Part shown: positions 1-11,935 of the stretch, piece by piece
How positions within the stretch are numbered: position 1 is the first letter of the stretch
How the letters are laid out: every line of letters starts with the position of its first letter
Origin: Raillietiella orientalis
Lineage: Eukaryota
Direction: 5' to 3'
NCBI GenBank assembly: GCA_036172245.1
Contig: JAYWIR010000052.1
Location: 868,001-932,000, forward strand
Length of the DNA: 64,000 bases
Translations under genes and position numbers: made by a program
The notes under the pieces: model-generated
Told to the model about the DNA's origin: nothing
Seen by the model: the letters and a program-made list of their open reading frames with translations, nothing else
The model's database searches: none

Positions 1-586
1 GAAGAGCTTCCATCCCTTTCGAAGCTGAGCATCTCCCGGGAAGGATCACGGACAAGCGAGGAGGCGCGCAGCAGAGGACAGCCCTCTGACCTCACCGCCT
101 GCCGCTTTCGTCCCATCTTCCTCAGTGGGATGTCAGGAAGGTCGCTTCGACCGGATTCGATCACGTGGACACTCGCGCCCTCGCCGCTTGACGGTGCCCC
201 CTCGGACAGCAGCAACCTCCGCACCTGCGAACGCCTGGATGAGGCGAGGAAGACGACGGAAGTGGCGCAGGGAATGCGAACTCGGGAGCTGCTGCTGCTC
301 CGGCGCCTCCCTCTGCCATCCCCTCGAGTGAGAGGAAGACGTTCCTCACCAGCGGACGCCAACGCCTCCGCCTGCAGACACCTCGGGGGGCTGGGGAGAT
401 TCTCTGGATTGCGCCAGCAGGTCTCCGTCTGGTCTGTTCAATCCTCTGGCGAGTAAAGTCGGGAGGAAAAACGGGAGCGTTTCTGGCGAGACCGCCTGAG
501 ACGTGCAGCGCCTATTCCGCACCATTTCGCGAGGATCCGTCCCAGGGACTCCTAAGACCGTCCCCCACGAAAGGGCAGCCGCACTA
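1..586 (-). mobile_element. Decayed L1/Tx1-like LINE ORF2 fragment; near-identical inverted copy of 10613-11198, runs off the window start
   Basis: Position p pairs with 11199-p. ORFs 125..331(+) and 10868..11074(-) translate identically, and I saw only a few mismatches. The copy ends near the frameshifted LPFxGGGLGVP-like post-RT motif. Confidence 0.75.
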
Positions 587-1000
587 TATGAAGCACTTTC
601 TGCATAAGGACACAGCAGGCGGGTTTCGAGGCAGGGGCTCTTCCCGGAATCCGCTAGAGGCTTCTTCCCGATCCCTCTCCTGGATAACTGGGATCTGGTC
701 CCCCCTTCGCCCTCACTCCGAGACCGAGATCGCCGCGCGCGGTCAGTTGCCACCAAAGTTCGCGTCATGAGTGGACCCGGGGCGGGGGAAGGTAGTGGAC
801 TCGACCTCGCAATGCTTTTTCGTGTATATTTTTTTGGTTTTATTCTTATTTTCGTTTGTCCCTGTCCCTCCCCTGCTGCCAAGGTAAACCTCGCCGGCCT
901 GCGTGCCGGTCCTCAGCAGGTTCCTATGGTTAAATCTGTAACCTGGCAGGGCCAAACGTCCTGCCACCAGCTTGTATATTTATTTTTTTATATAAAGAAA
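587..1000 (+). mobile_element. 3' end of a Tx1-like LINE: ORF tail, T-rich spacer and structured 3' UTR
   Basis: T-rich tract 815-857 is followed by a hairpin cluster at 872-966 that is homologous to the 3' UTR of the LINE at 32290-33640. Confidence 0.55.
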
Positions 1001-1039
1001 CGCTCTGGAGCAACCGGGTGTCAAGCCATATCGCTTTCT

Positions 1040-1900
1040 CCGTATCACTGGTAGCAGCCTTCCGGCTCGATGGGAGTTCAGTATGGAAATCTCTGGCAGG
1101 AGAAGAGGACCGGGTGATTGGACGACGGGCCTGCATACAGATGCTGCGGTCCCGAGTGCCCCACCTGGTGGACTTTTGCTCTGGGACGACCTGCTGTGGA
1201 TGTTCCAGAGGATGACCTGCAGTGATCCCCAGTGCTTTTGGACAGACACGCTCTCCCCTTGAAGTGGAGGGATTTGACGCTGCTGCCGCTGCACTGGAGC
1301 CTCCCGTGCAACGCCCGCTGGCATCGTTGGACACGGGCGGTCGGGGTGAGCCCAAACTGCGCCGGGTGCGGGCAGCGCGAGTCCCTCCTGAACCTGCTCG
1401 TGGATCGTTACGCCCTCTGGCGCCTCCGGAAACGCTTCGCTGCGACCCAAGCAACCCCCGGTGGTGACTCCAGGCACGCTTTACGATCCCTCCTCCTACG
1501 CGACGTTCTCCGGCCAGCATCCTCGCTAGCAGCACCCTGCTGCCTACGCGGGATCCTCTCTGTCTGGAGCGACGCAAGAGGAGGACCGAGCGACAGGGGT
1601 GCCACATCCACGTTGCCATCCGCTTCGTGAGGATGGCAACGATATGGCCCCACCTGAAGGGATAGCATGCAGCAAGAGCTTGCCGGCATCCTCGAAAGGA
1701 TGCAGAGGATCACCCTCAGCAGGACGTGACCCTTTCCTGCACCTCCCCATCCCAAATTTGTCTATTTATTCTTATTCTTTTCCTTTTTATCTCCTCCCCC
1801 TTTTGTTGATGTGGCGGACTTCACCGGTCGGAGCACCGGTAACGCGGCCGGTTTGATATGAGAAGGATGTGGTTGGAGCGGTGGTCCAACCACATTTATT
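1040..1900 (+). mobile_element. Decayed L1/Tx1-like LINE 3' fragment (C-terminal zinc-binding zf-RVT region plus 3' UTR)
   Basis: ORF 1232..1630 reads PLKWRDLTLLPLHWSLPCNAR..SPNCAGCGQRESLLNLL, the W..LP..R..CxxC..E..H pattern. Clear homology to 32460-33060(-): both contain CCLRGI..WS.A.GGPSDRGA. Confidence 0.75.
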
Positions 1901-3019
1901 TTTCTTTGGAATGGACACTCCGGAGTACACGGGTGGTCATCAAAGTTCGCGTCGTCTCGTCATTCCCTCGACCGGCTTTCGGCTTTCTCATTTGGGCCTT
2001 GGGTTCCGCAGGAGAGTCCTGACGAACTGCCGTCAGCAAAGGTCCGCAGGAGATTCCTCAATCCCGGCCTCCCGTTTTTCCCTCGCAGCGAAGCACGACG
2101 GTTGCGTCCCGACCCCTGCTTCCCGCCTCGGCATCGTTTCTCCGAGGGAGCACGCCGGCGCTTCGGTTTGCTCGACTTCCAGACCCCCTCGCCGACCAGA
2201 CACGGTGACGGCTGAGCTCAGTGCACGGGCTGCTTTGCTCAGCCGAAGACGGGGCAGGCGGGAGGAAGGCGTGGCCGCTTTCCTCAGCACCTCTCATCAG
2301 CTTCGTGACCTCTCCCGTCTCTTCCTCTTCCCGAACGCTTCCGCGCGAGATCGCCGCGAACCCCGGAAAACCGTCCAGCGCTCCTCCAGGATGCTTTCCG
2401 GTGCGCCCCCCGTATGGACGCTGGCGCTATGATGCGCGCTGCCCAGCTTCCTCATGTTCGGTCCAGAGCGAGTCCCCGCTTCCGGATGCGGACTCGATTC
2501 GAGGAACGCCTCCGGGCACCTCCTCAGCGAGATGCCGCTTGACGCCTCGGGAGTGGTTCCGGATGCACCAGAGAGGGCGGCGTTGACGCATCGTTTGATG
2601 TCGGCGTCACCCTCACTGCCGGACGATTGCCAGTTCCCAGGCGCCGCCTCCCTCACTTTCAGGAATGCTCTCGAGGGGTTCCCCAGTGGCAGCTGGTGTC
2701 GGCAGGTCTGTTGCGGATGAGATACGACCGGAAGGAACCCGGCAAACCGTTTGTGGTTGCGCCTGGACCCCCAGAGTTCCCGATAGACCAAAGCCAAGGA
2801 GAAGTCGGAATTTTCGTACTTTCAAGGAATTCCAGGTGATGCGACCGGCCGCATGGAACCCCTCGCTCAAAGCGAGGGTGAACGGGAGGCCGCAAGGAGG
2901 GAAGGGGAAAGCGAGGGTCCCACCGCCTTTTCCACCTGTCTCTTCGACCCCCGCGGGACGGCTATGACTCTCGAGAGTCTTCCCGTGACTCCAGGTGACC
3001 CCGAATCGACGTCTTCAGT

Positions 3020-3720
3020 GTGAATCCCGGGGATCTGGATTTTCCGGCACGCCGCTTCTTTCCTGGAGCGCTGCATCTGCCACTCCTTGAGAGCTTTCGA
3101 TTCCCCCATCATGCCGGCATCCCGGTGAAGTCGCTCCTCTCCAGGAGAGCAGAACGGACAGCCTTCAAAGTTTCCTCTAGCTCCAGACAACGAGTGCTCG
3201 CAGGGACAGGAGACGTCCGGGAGGTGGTCTTCCCGGACGCCCTATTGAGCATTCGAGGGGGCGGCGGCCGTCGATCGGTCGCGTCGTTGCGGGAGCGCAT
3301 CCCGCACCGAAGACGCGACCAGTGTCCTGAGACGGAAGAGACTCGGGGTGGCCCTCCCTATCCAAGTCGCCACGCCCTCCGCCTGATCGTAGTCCGACGG
3401 TGGCCGACGCACCTGTCTTGGATGCGGCGCTCTTCCGCGCGGTCACGAGCCGCTGGCAGTTGCTACGGCAACGAGGGTGTCCTCCGATACGTGGCACTTC
3501 TCCAACCTCCCAGGTTTTCCCTAGCAGCCCGGCTCCCCTTCCCGGAACTCTGGCTCCCGGAAGATCTCCATCCGGGATCGGAGGCGCGGTCGAGTGGGTG
3601 GGAGCGAGCCGAGCGGCCTGCCGGCTCGGAGGATGGTCCTCCCGCGACGGATCGTTCCTCCAGCTGCACGCGAGCGCTCCCGCGCGGCGGCGGCGGAGAG
3701 CGCTCCGCGGATGTGGTTGC
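3020..3720 (-). mobile_element. Decayed LINE ORF2 post-RT fragment
   Basis: 3340-3520 is a diverged direct repeat of 4628-4800, sharing acgagccgctggcagttgc.acggcaacgagggtgtcctccgatacg. The minus-strand translation has GR..LL.T and GG.G..D-like remnants. Confidence 0.5.
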
Positions 3721-4199
3721 GGGCAGCGAGGACGGGGGGGGGGATGCTGCCGATAATGGAGCGCAGGTAATCTCAGATGATGAATTCGTTCGTTAATCAT
3801 TATAATAACAACTAATCCGACTGGATGCGAGCCATAAATTACTGGAGGCGAAGTCTCCCGGAGGGAAGAGGTGCCTGATCCAGAGGCAAAAGGAAAAGTT
3901 CGATAATAAATAAGGGAAACAAAAAAAAGGAAAAAGCGGGATCCTGAAGGACTTTAATGACACATGTCAGTCGCGTAGCACCAAGTAATTGCATGCAGAG
4001 GAGGTAAAAGGAGGCGGAAAGGGAGGAAAAGAAAAGAAGAAAAAAATAGGTCACCGGTTTTCAGAGAGAGAGGGGAAGGAGGAAGAGGAAAAGGAGGAGA
4101 AGAAGAAGCAGAAGAAGAAGAAGAAAAGTCGATTAAAATAGAAATGGGTGTCGAAGAGCCTTGATGATGCATGGAAGAGCGTTGGAAGCGGGAGGGAGA

Positions 4200-5450
4200 C
4201 GCCTATTTCGGATTCTCGTAAACTCGTGGGGGCTTCACACGCTTTCTTCCCCGGTCGCCGGAGAAACCGAGAGCCTCCCCCGCTTCGGCCACTCGAGGCG
4301 GGGGAGGGACGGACAGGGGAATTCCTTCCTCTTTCCCCCCCGTCCGAAAGCTGCTGGAGAAGGCGTTTCGGACGTAGAGATGGCTCTGCCAGAAGCGAGC
4401 GGAGGCAGGAAGCGTGGTCTAGCAGCCGACGGCGATGAGAGCCGCGCTGGAATCGGCTGGACCTCCCTGAAAAAAAAAGGTCAGATCCGTGAGCACCGAG
4501 ATGGAGCACCGTTCCTTCGCAGGCTGACTGCTCCAGGGAGAGGGACGATCGGGTCCGGACGTTTCCGGCCTTTCTCGGAACTGCCGCCGCCTCGGTTGAC
4601 GGCCACCGAACACTCCCCCTGCTGTGGACTCGGGGTGGCCCTCGCATCTTGGTCGCCAAGACCCCCGTTTGATCACAGTTCGGCGGCGGCCGGCGCGCCG
4701 GTTGGGGATGCGGCATTCTTCCGCGCCGGTACGAGCCGCTGGCAGTTGCAACGGCAACGAGGGTGTCCTCCGATACGCGGCACGTCTCCTTCCCCCATGC
4801 CTCCCAGACAGGGGCTGCCGTTTCGCAGGAGACCGCAGACGCTGCACCCGGCGCCGAGCGGTGGCGCCGGATGCGTCCTCCCTCGACTGCCCGACCACCT
4901 TCCGGACGTCTGTGGCGCCGCTGCCGGGAGCCGGCGCCCCGCGGCCTCCTCCTTCCCTCAACCGCCGGATCCCAAGGTCGTCGAAGGGGGAAAGTGGAGA
5001 TGCGTCTTGCACAGAGAGGTCTCTGACCTGGCTGCCGACCTCAGGCCGCTCCTCCGAAGCAGAGCGCTAATGCATTTCCAGGGAACCCTCCTTGACGACA
5101 GACTCGGCGACTCCCGCCCCAACGTGTCTCTCACCGCACAGGATCCTCGGAAGGAAGGATGTTGTGTCTCTTACTCCGAGAGACCGGCATCCGGCGGCGT
5201 GCACATGAGAGGCAGCTTGGCGAAGCGAAGGCTAAGCTGCAGAGCGTCCGCTTTATCCCTCCCGGATCATCCAGGTGTCGTGGCTTCTGTGAGGGGTGGT
5301 CTGGAAAGGTGTGCGGAAGGATAGGCACTTGCGCATCAATCCGATCGTGCGTCTGGCTCGTCCTCGGTGCAGGCGCATTCCAGATCTGCATTTCGAAGAT
5401 CACCAGTCCAACATGTACAACTACCCCTGGGGGAGGGGAGAAGAAAGAGA
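4200..5450 (-). mobile_element. Decayed LINE reverse-transcriptase/post-RT fragment
   Basis: Shares the repeat with 3340-3520. The minus strand shows RT-like remnants in the expected order (DLECA, FDDLGI, LSGR, GGLGD) with many frameshifts. Confidence 0.45.
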
Positions 5451-5849
5451 ACGGGGAATCCTTCCACTCCCTCTCCCTTCATACCCCAGCTGCCAGCGCC
5501 CTCGCTCGCTCTGCTGAGGGGAGAGACTTACCGAGTTGCTGGCGGCCTCTTTTCATCGTCGCCGCCGTCGCCGTCATTCCCATTTGCTTCTCCTTCCTGG
5601 TGAGTGCTCGGAGCAATTCGTCCGTTCGGCTCCTCGGGAGAAGACGGAGGGAATATGCACAGCACTAGATCCGGAAAGATGCTTTCCAGAACCGGAATGC
5701 GTGCACCGGACTGGATTTATGAGGCACATAAAAAGCAGCGTCTCGTGCCCGATGTCCCAGGAGCGATTGTTCCAAATCCTTCCGAGGAGGAATCGCTAAT
5801 GGGTACACTTAGACGTACCATTTATTAAAAACGTCCTTGCCCTTCCGCG

Positions 5850-6900
5850 ATGAGTGACTTCGCGCCTGTCGTCCCCGGAATCCCTCCTTGGACGGGCACT
5901 GTCCAGGAATCGTCGGAGAGCGTCGCGACGGGAGCAGCCAAGAAGACTCCCAGCAATCTCTCGGTTACGGCTTGCCAAGCGAGGGAGCCTGAGCGAGCTC
6001 GACCGAACCCCGGTCCATCCGGGACGTCCATCGGAAACAGATACAGGCGAGATGAAATATTAGGAACTCGGCTGCCGGAGGGAAGAGCGGAAAAGAGTTT
6101 GCGGTGAGGGTCAGCTGCCGACACGCAGGTCGGCAGCTGGAGAAGTTCGGAGCGAAAGGGAAGGAGGAGATGAATCAGAAGAAAAAAAAAATTCAGGCCC
6201 TTGATGGCGGCCATGCAGCTGCGATCTCATCGCACTCATGGATCCAGGAGTCGCCGGTTCGAATCCCGCTTGGTGAAGGGTCGACTCTAATAGAGATATA
6301 GGAGTGCGTCCTGGGTTTCGAGTCTCCTCCCCAGCAGGATGACGCTGGTTGGCCCATTCGGGTGTGGCACCATGAGAAGGGGAATCCTCCCCTTGATTGA
6401 CCGGGATTGGGAATTGATCCTTCGGGGTCCTTCCAGGACATCAAGGAGTGCTTCAGGGTGCCTCTCTGGATGGGAAAATGGACCTTCCATCGAGTGCCTT
6501 CGAGGTTCTCTTCAGAGAAGGAGGAGGAAAACAGGGGCAACTGCCCAACTTCTCTCCGGAGAAGAAATTCCAGAGGGGATTCTTTCCGGGCAGTCCCTCC
6601 GAAGAGAATGAGGAAGAAATTCCCTTCGAGGTTTCCAGCCAAGTGCAAGAGGAACACGGACTTCTTCCTCTGGAGCCTTCCTAGAGTCACAGAGTTGTTC
6701 CCTCCTGGGGTTACCCCCGCCCATAACTTGAAGAACCACGCGCACCCTCGGGTGGCGCGCGGAAGTCCGGCCGAAGAGCTTCACGAGCCACTCTCCAAGG
6801 AAGCTCTCTCCAGCGCCCTAATGCGAGCGGTCCAGAGAGCGAGAGCGCCCAGAGCGGGGTGGAGGAGGGCGTGCAGCTTCTCTGAAGCTTCGTGCTTCCC
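5850..6900 (+). mobile_element. Decayed Ty3/gypsy LTR-retrotransposon fragment (gag end, aspartic protease, start of RT linker)
   Basis: Reading across frames gives IQALDGGHAAAIS..VRIPLGEGSTLIEI.ECVLGFE..WPIRV..PLD.PGLGIDPSGSFQDIKECF, a retropepsin layout (ALxDxG, flap, LGxD). This is followed by an acidic linker and FPPGVTP..H. Homologous to three other loci in the window. Confidence 0.55.
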
Positions 6901-8159
6901 GGGAACGAGCGTGCACTTGATCACCCGCCGGCAAGCAAGGCAGGTCGCCATGGTTTTCCCGGATTCGCCAGGATTAGCTCCGTCAGCAGGTCATATCCCT
7001 CGCCACCTTCTCGTTGAGACCCGATGGCGCCGCGAAGTTTCTTCGAAAGGAAAAGCGTGCACGCGTGCGCGCGCACAAGTCGTTGGGAACCTGGTCCCCG
7101 GAAGACAACGAAGAGGAGATCAAGGGAGCAGGAGGGTCCATCGACACGCTCGGGAAAGTCCGGGAGCAAAGGGACAGCGAATGAAGGGGGAGGGGTGTGA
7201 GTCTTGGAGTTTGGCCGTTGCCTCTCTCTCAGAACCGGCGTCAGATGCTGGAGATCTTCCCTTTGAAATTCTTCTTGCAGGTGGGACCACCTCGCAGCCA
7301 TCCTCATGTAGGCAGCAGCTGCACCATTACGGAGCGACCTCCCTGTTCTGCGCCACAGTCTACAGCGAATGGCGGGCTCCGACGATGGCGACAATGCAAG
7401 CGCCGCCCGTCTTCGCCATCGCTTCGCCATCCGAGAGTCCGCCGCGCGCGAAGAGTTGCCGATGCAGGTAGGCGGGCGGCGTCCTCCTTCCTGGCGCGAG
7501 GAGCGCCTCCACCGGCATTCCGCCGCGGTTCCCAGAAGTCCATCCGGAGGCACAAGGACTCCCTTTCTCGCCCCCTGCTCCTGGGAACGGTTGCAAGGAC
7601 GCAGCTCACCCCGGAGCCAGCACCGTTTGCCCCGGCAACCACGGCAACCACGGCGGCATCCTGCCGCTCGCGGTCCATAGGAAACGTCAGCGCGCTCCAG
7701 CACCGGTGAAAGACCGCGAGTCCCTCAGGAACGGTATCCGAAAAGTTCTCTGTAGTTTCTTCGCCTGGGGCCGAAGGGAGCGGCGACGCCGGTCAGCTCG
7801 CCTGCGGTGCGGCCGCACCGGGAGTTTGGCCTTCACTTTCAGGCTGGGAGGACAGATCTCCTTCGAAGAAAACGAACCCACGGGTACGTCCAGGTAAAAG
7901 TAAAGGACCTCTCACGGGAATTCCCAAGAAAGAGACCGGTCCACGCCCATCGCCGTGCCAAAGGGCTCTTTTCTTCTTCTTCCTTTCGCGCCGAGGCATT
8001 TATCCAGAGAACAAACAAAAGGGGTTTCCGAAGGAAAACGATAAGGAGCTCAAGAGGAGGACACACCGACCCGCAGGTCGGCCACTTCAGGCATCAGAAA
8101 CGTGTGGGAGGGGGAGGGGATGTCGGGAACGGGCGGGAGCGGACAGCAAACAGCTCGCG

Positions 8160-8690
8160 TTGGCGGCCCTGCTGTGACCGCGGTCTCCGCGCGCCTGCGG
8201 CGACGGGCCGTCGGTGGAAGGATTGACGTCTGAGAACGGGAGGTTCGCCATGGGTTTTGAGTGCCCTCACGTCCATCCCCCTCCTCCGCAGGATGATGCT
8301 AGTCGGTCTATCCGGGCACGGCGGCGGTACTTCTGGAATCCGGATGCCCCCGTTGACTGGCGGGGATTCGAACTTGACTCCACGGGGGCAATCCGGGAAT
8401 TGATAAGCGATTCTTTTGCAAGTTCTCTCCGTAGAATAAAAGGAACCCTTCTCCGGGGTCATGTCCCTGCGGAGAGGATCAGGAAGAGGTGGTTCTCTTC
8501 GAGGTTCCCCTTCGGAAGAGACCAGGATGGAGGGTTCCCTCCTAAGCGTGAGAGGAGCCCTTCCTGGATTCGTAGGGTGGTTCCCAATAACTTGGAGGGT
8601 TCAACACGCACCTTTTCCAGGCGGCGTGGAAAGGGTCGAAGAGCTTCGCAAGACCTCCTTAAGGAGGCGAGCGCTCCTTGAGAACCAAAA
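8160..8690 (+). mobile_element. Ty3/gypsy protease-region fragment, same family as 5850-6900
   Basis: ORF 8214..8681 reads GFECP..PPQDDASRSIR..WNPDAPVDWRGFELDSTG and aligns with the 6310-6750 and 33990-34540 copies. Confidence 0.55.
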
Positions 8691-8879
8691 AAGAAAACCA
8701 AAGTCGGAAGGAAAGCAGGGAAACCGGGAGAACTCCAAAGGGATTTCCATAAAGGAAAGACGGAAAATGAGGATAGGGGTCACTGGTTCCGGCCGTTCCT
8801 TCCTCGTAGACCCGGGTCCAAACGCTGCACATCTCTGACTGGACTCCCGCTTCTAGGAGAAACCGCCTATCAACCGTCC

Positions 8880-9930
8880 TCACTCAGGCGGCCACCATGA
8901 GGGTGGTGCCTCCCTCCGATTCGCCAGCGGGGAGCCCGCCACGAGCGAAGAGATGCCATGGCAGGTCGTGGGGGGCATCCTCCCGGAACTCCTCCTCCTC
9001 AGTTCCCGGGGAGGCAGCGCATCTCAGCAGCCACGGGCAAGTTCGTGGGATGCGACTCCTCCGGAAGACGATGCGGCGCCGGAGTCCAAAACCCCAGGTG
9101 CAAGAGGAGCGTCGCCTGACAGTTCCGTCGCAAGCGGAGAGAGCGCATTCAGAGCCGGCGGCTGCAGGGAGGGTGACCCTTTTTGCACTCCCCCCCACGT
9201 TGGGTGGCACAGGTCACTGGATTCAGCCTCTCCCCGTGCCCACGTTCGCATCGGGGTTCAAGGAGTGGGACCTACGCTGGGCTTCGGCCCTCCCGTCACC
9301 TCGGGTTCCTGAGGCTAGGGATATCTTCGACCTCTGCTGCCCACTCGAGGGAGCTTCCATTCCCGCGGAGAAAGGGAAGCAGAGCTCACGTCCCCCTGCC
9401 GGTGACCCGGTGAGATCCGGGGCACCTCCCGATGCGGCAAGACCTACCTCCGCTCCAGGGTGAGCAGCGAAGGTCGAAGCTGCTTCCCTGCGCGTGGTTT
9501 CTTTTCCACCCTCCTTATTCTACCAGAGGCGACTGACGAGGCTGGGAGGGAGGGGGACCCTCGCGGCCCTTGTGGGCGGGATCTGCAGGTTAAACTCCCA
9601 GACACGTCTCCGCGATCCCGAAGGACGCTCTATCTCCCATCCCCGGAGGAAGATGCATTGCAAGCCGCCTGCCTGTGATTAAAGGCTGCTTCAGGAGGGC
9701 CTTCCCAAATATTGGTACCGGGAGCGGGCCTGGAATTCCTGGGAATCCAGCTGATCCGTCACGCCGTTCCCGCTTTTCATCTCGCCGTCGGTGTTTCGCA
9801 GAACTGGAGAGGACGCTGCGCGCAGACTCGAGCACCACGGCCGGGACACGGGATAAAATTAGACTTCGGGATAATTGCTGAGAGAGAGGACCATCCACAG
9901 GAAGGAACGCTCGGATGCATTCGGGACTAA
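8880..9930 (+). mobile_element. Decayed L1/Tx1-like ORF2 fragment(s)
   Basis: ORF 8897..9463 contains AGRVTLF..L..HWIQPLPVP..RW..DLCCPLEG, matching the LS..GR.TL / P / FxW / LC.P..GG post-RT motif series. LEFLGIQL occurs near 9730. Confidence 0.6.
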
Positions 9931-10289
9931 TTAACGGGACGGAAGGAGAGGACCTCGGGCGCGAAAGCGTGCGAAAGACAACGAAGGGTGGGGTGTCTAT
10001 AAATAGATGGCGGCAGAGGAAGCGCAGGGAAGCACCAGGTCTCAGGAGAGGAGGAGCGTTCGAGCGATATGGCTGGTGGTCAGTTGAGATAAAATCTCCT
10101 CCAAGCCGCCCCCTGGGCGCATCGGGAACACTGAGGCAGAAGGCGTGGGGGAAAGGGGAGTATGGGAGGAAGGGAGGGGGGGAACCTTCAGTCCCGGAGG
10201 GGACACGGGTGGTTGGCGACGCACTGCTAGTCTGCGCCCCGACGCACCTGTCTTCTCTGCATCTTTGCACCGATGCCAGCTGATTCGGT

Positions 10290-11700
10290 TGCTCAGGGAT
10301 TCACCCTTCCCGGAGCAAGGAACCACCTCTTGCGGCTTGTAGATCCTCCAGACTTCGGGTGTCGATAGACCACCACTGGTGTCGACACCAGAAACAGCGA
10401 ACCGGAAGCGCATGAGAGCACTTCAGACGTCCTTCACCGTGGAGATTCTTCCGCGCCGGTGCCTCTGCCGAGGCAACGCAGCATCCTAGAAAGGTGCGCG
10501 TCTACCGCACTGCCTTCGTGGCTCCCTCCGCTTCCTCCTTGCCTGCGTCCTTGGTCTTTCGGCCAGACCCGGAGATTGACGGGAAGCTACTCGGCTCCCA
10601 TCTTGTGCTGAGTAGTGAGGCTGCCCTTTCGTGGGGGACGGTCTTAGGAGTCCCTGGGACGGATCCTCGCGAAATGGTGCGGAATAGGCGCTGCACGTCT
10701 CAGGCGGTCTCGCCAGAAACGCTCCCGTTTTTCCTCCCGACTTTACTCGCCAGAGGATTGAACAGACCAGACGGAGACCTGCTGGCGCAATCCAGAGAAT
10801 CTCCCCAGCCCCCCGAGGTGTCTGCAGGCGGAGGCGTTGGCGTCCGCTGGTGAGGAACGTCTTCCTCTCACTCGAGGGGATGGCAGAGGGAGGCGCCGGA
10901 GCAGCAGCAGCTCCCGAGTTCGCATTCCCTGCGCCACTTCCGTCGTCTTCCTCGCCTCATCCAGGCGTTCGCAGGTGCGGAGGTTGCTGCTGTCCGAGGG
11001 GGCACCGTCAAGCGGCGAGGGCGCGAGTGTCCACGTGATCGAATCCGGTCGAAGCGACCTTCCTGACATCCCACTGAGGAAGATGGGACGAAAGCGGCAG
11101 GCGGTGAGGTCAGAAGGCTGCCCTCTGCTGCGCGCCTCCTCGCTTGTCCGTGGTCCTTCCCGGGAGATGCTCAGCTTCGAAAGGGATGGAAGCTCTTCGC
11201 AGGGACACCGCAACTCCGCGACGTTGCCATTTCTGCAGGCTCATCGTTCGCCTCCAGGGATGCCCTGAGTGGCAGAGATCCCCTGCACCCCATAGGTCAC
11301 GCAGCGGTGGTCTCGAAGTTGAAGGAATGGCGTGGCCGTTGTCCCGAGGAATCGCCACTGCTTACCTGCGAAGATGAGGGCCACAGGATGGTCTAGTGAG
11401 AGAGGCTCGAGGGAGTCTAGTGAGATGGAGCCTCGGCAGCTTGCTCTGCCGAGGGAGATCGGCAGGGCAAGCTGGCTCCGCCACATCGCTGAGCGCACCC
11501 TTCTCTCCTAGCGCAGACCCTCGGGATTCACGCTGAATACCGCGTGTCTGGTCCACCCATGCTTATTTATTTCTCCTTTTTTTTGTTGCCTTCCCCTTCT
11601 CTCCTTCCACTCCTCCTCAGCTCCGTCCCTAGTGGGAGCGGTTCCTGTTGCTAAGGAACGACACACGCCGGTAGCCAGTGTTATTTATTTTCTTTTACTT
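10290..11700 (+). mobile_element. Decayed L1/Tx1-like LINE 3' half with T-rich tail and 3' hairpins
   Basis: Frameshifted LPFxGG.LGVP motif at about 10621 and GCPL..C remnants at about 11115. T-rich tract at 11563-11590, then hairpins gctcc/ggagc and gttcct/aggaac at 11620-11660. 10613-11198 is duplicated at 1-586. Confidence 0.6.
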
Positions 11701-11754
11701 ATTTGAATGAGAAAGAAAATCATTGAGAGGGTCAAGGAGGGAAAGAGGGAAGGA

Positions 11755-11935
11755 TGACCTCTTTCTCCCCCCTTCCTTTTCCTTTCTCTCTCCTCTCCCT
11801 CTCCTCTTCTCCCCTCCCTTCTCGTTCTTTCCTCTTCCTCCTCCTCTTCCTCTTGCTATTCTTCCTCCTCCATACCTTCCTCTTCCTCCTCATACTCCTC
11901 CCTTTTTTCTTCCTACTCCTTTTCCCTTTCTCGTC
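11755..11935. repeat. Polypyrimidine (CT/CTT) low-complexity tract
   Basis: Directly visible. Similar tracts lie at about 4010-4130 (purine strand), 18040-18195 and 23490-23680. Confidence 0.9.

Noticed and set aside
6257..6268. B-box-like GGTTCGAATCCC suggesting a tRNA or SINE
   Set aside because: No cloverleaf or A-box, and it lies inside the gypsy protease-like reading frame (VRIP).
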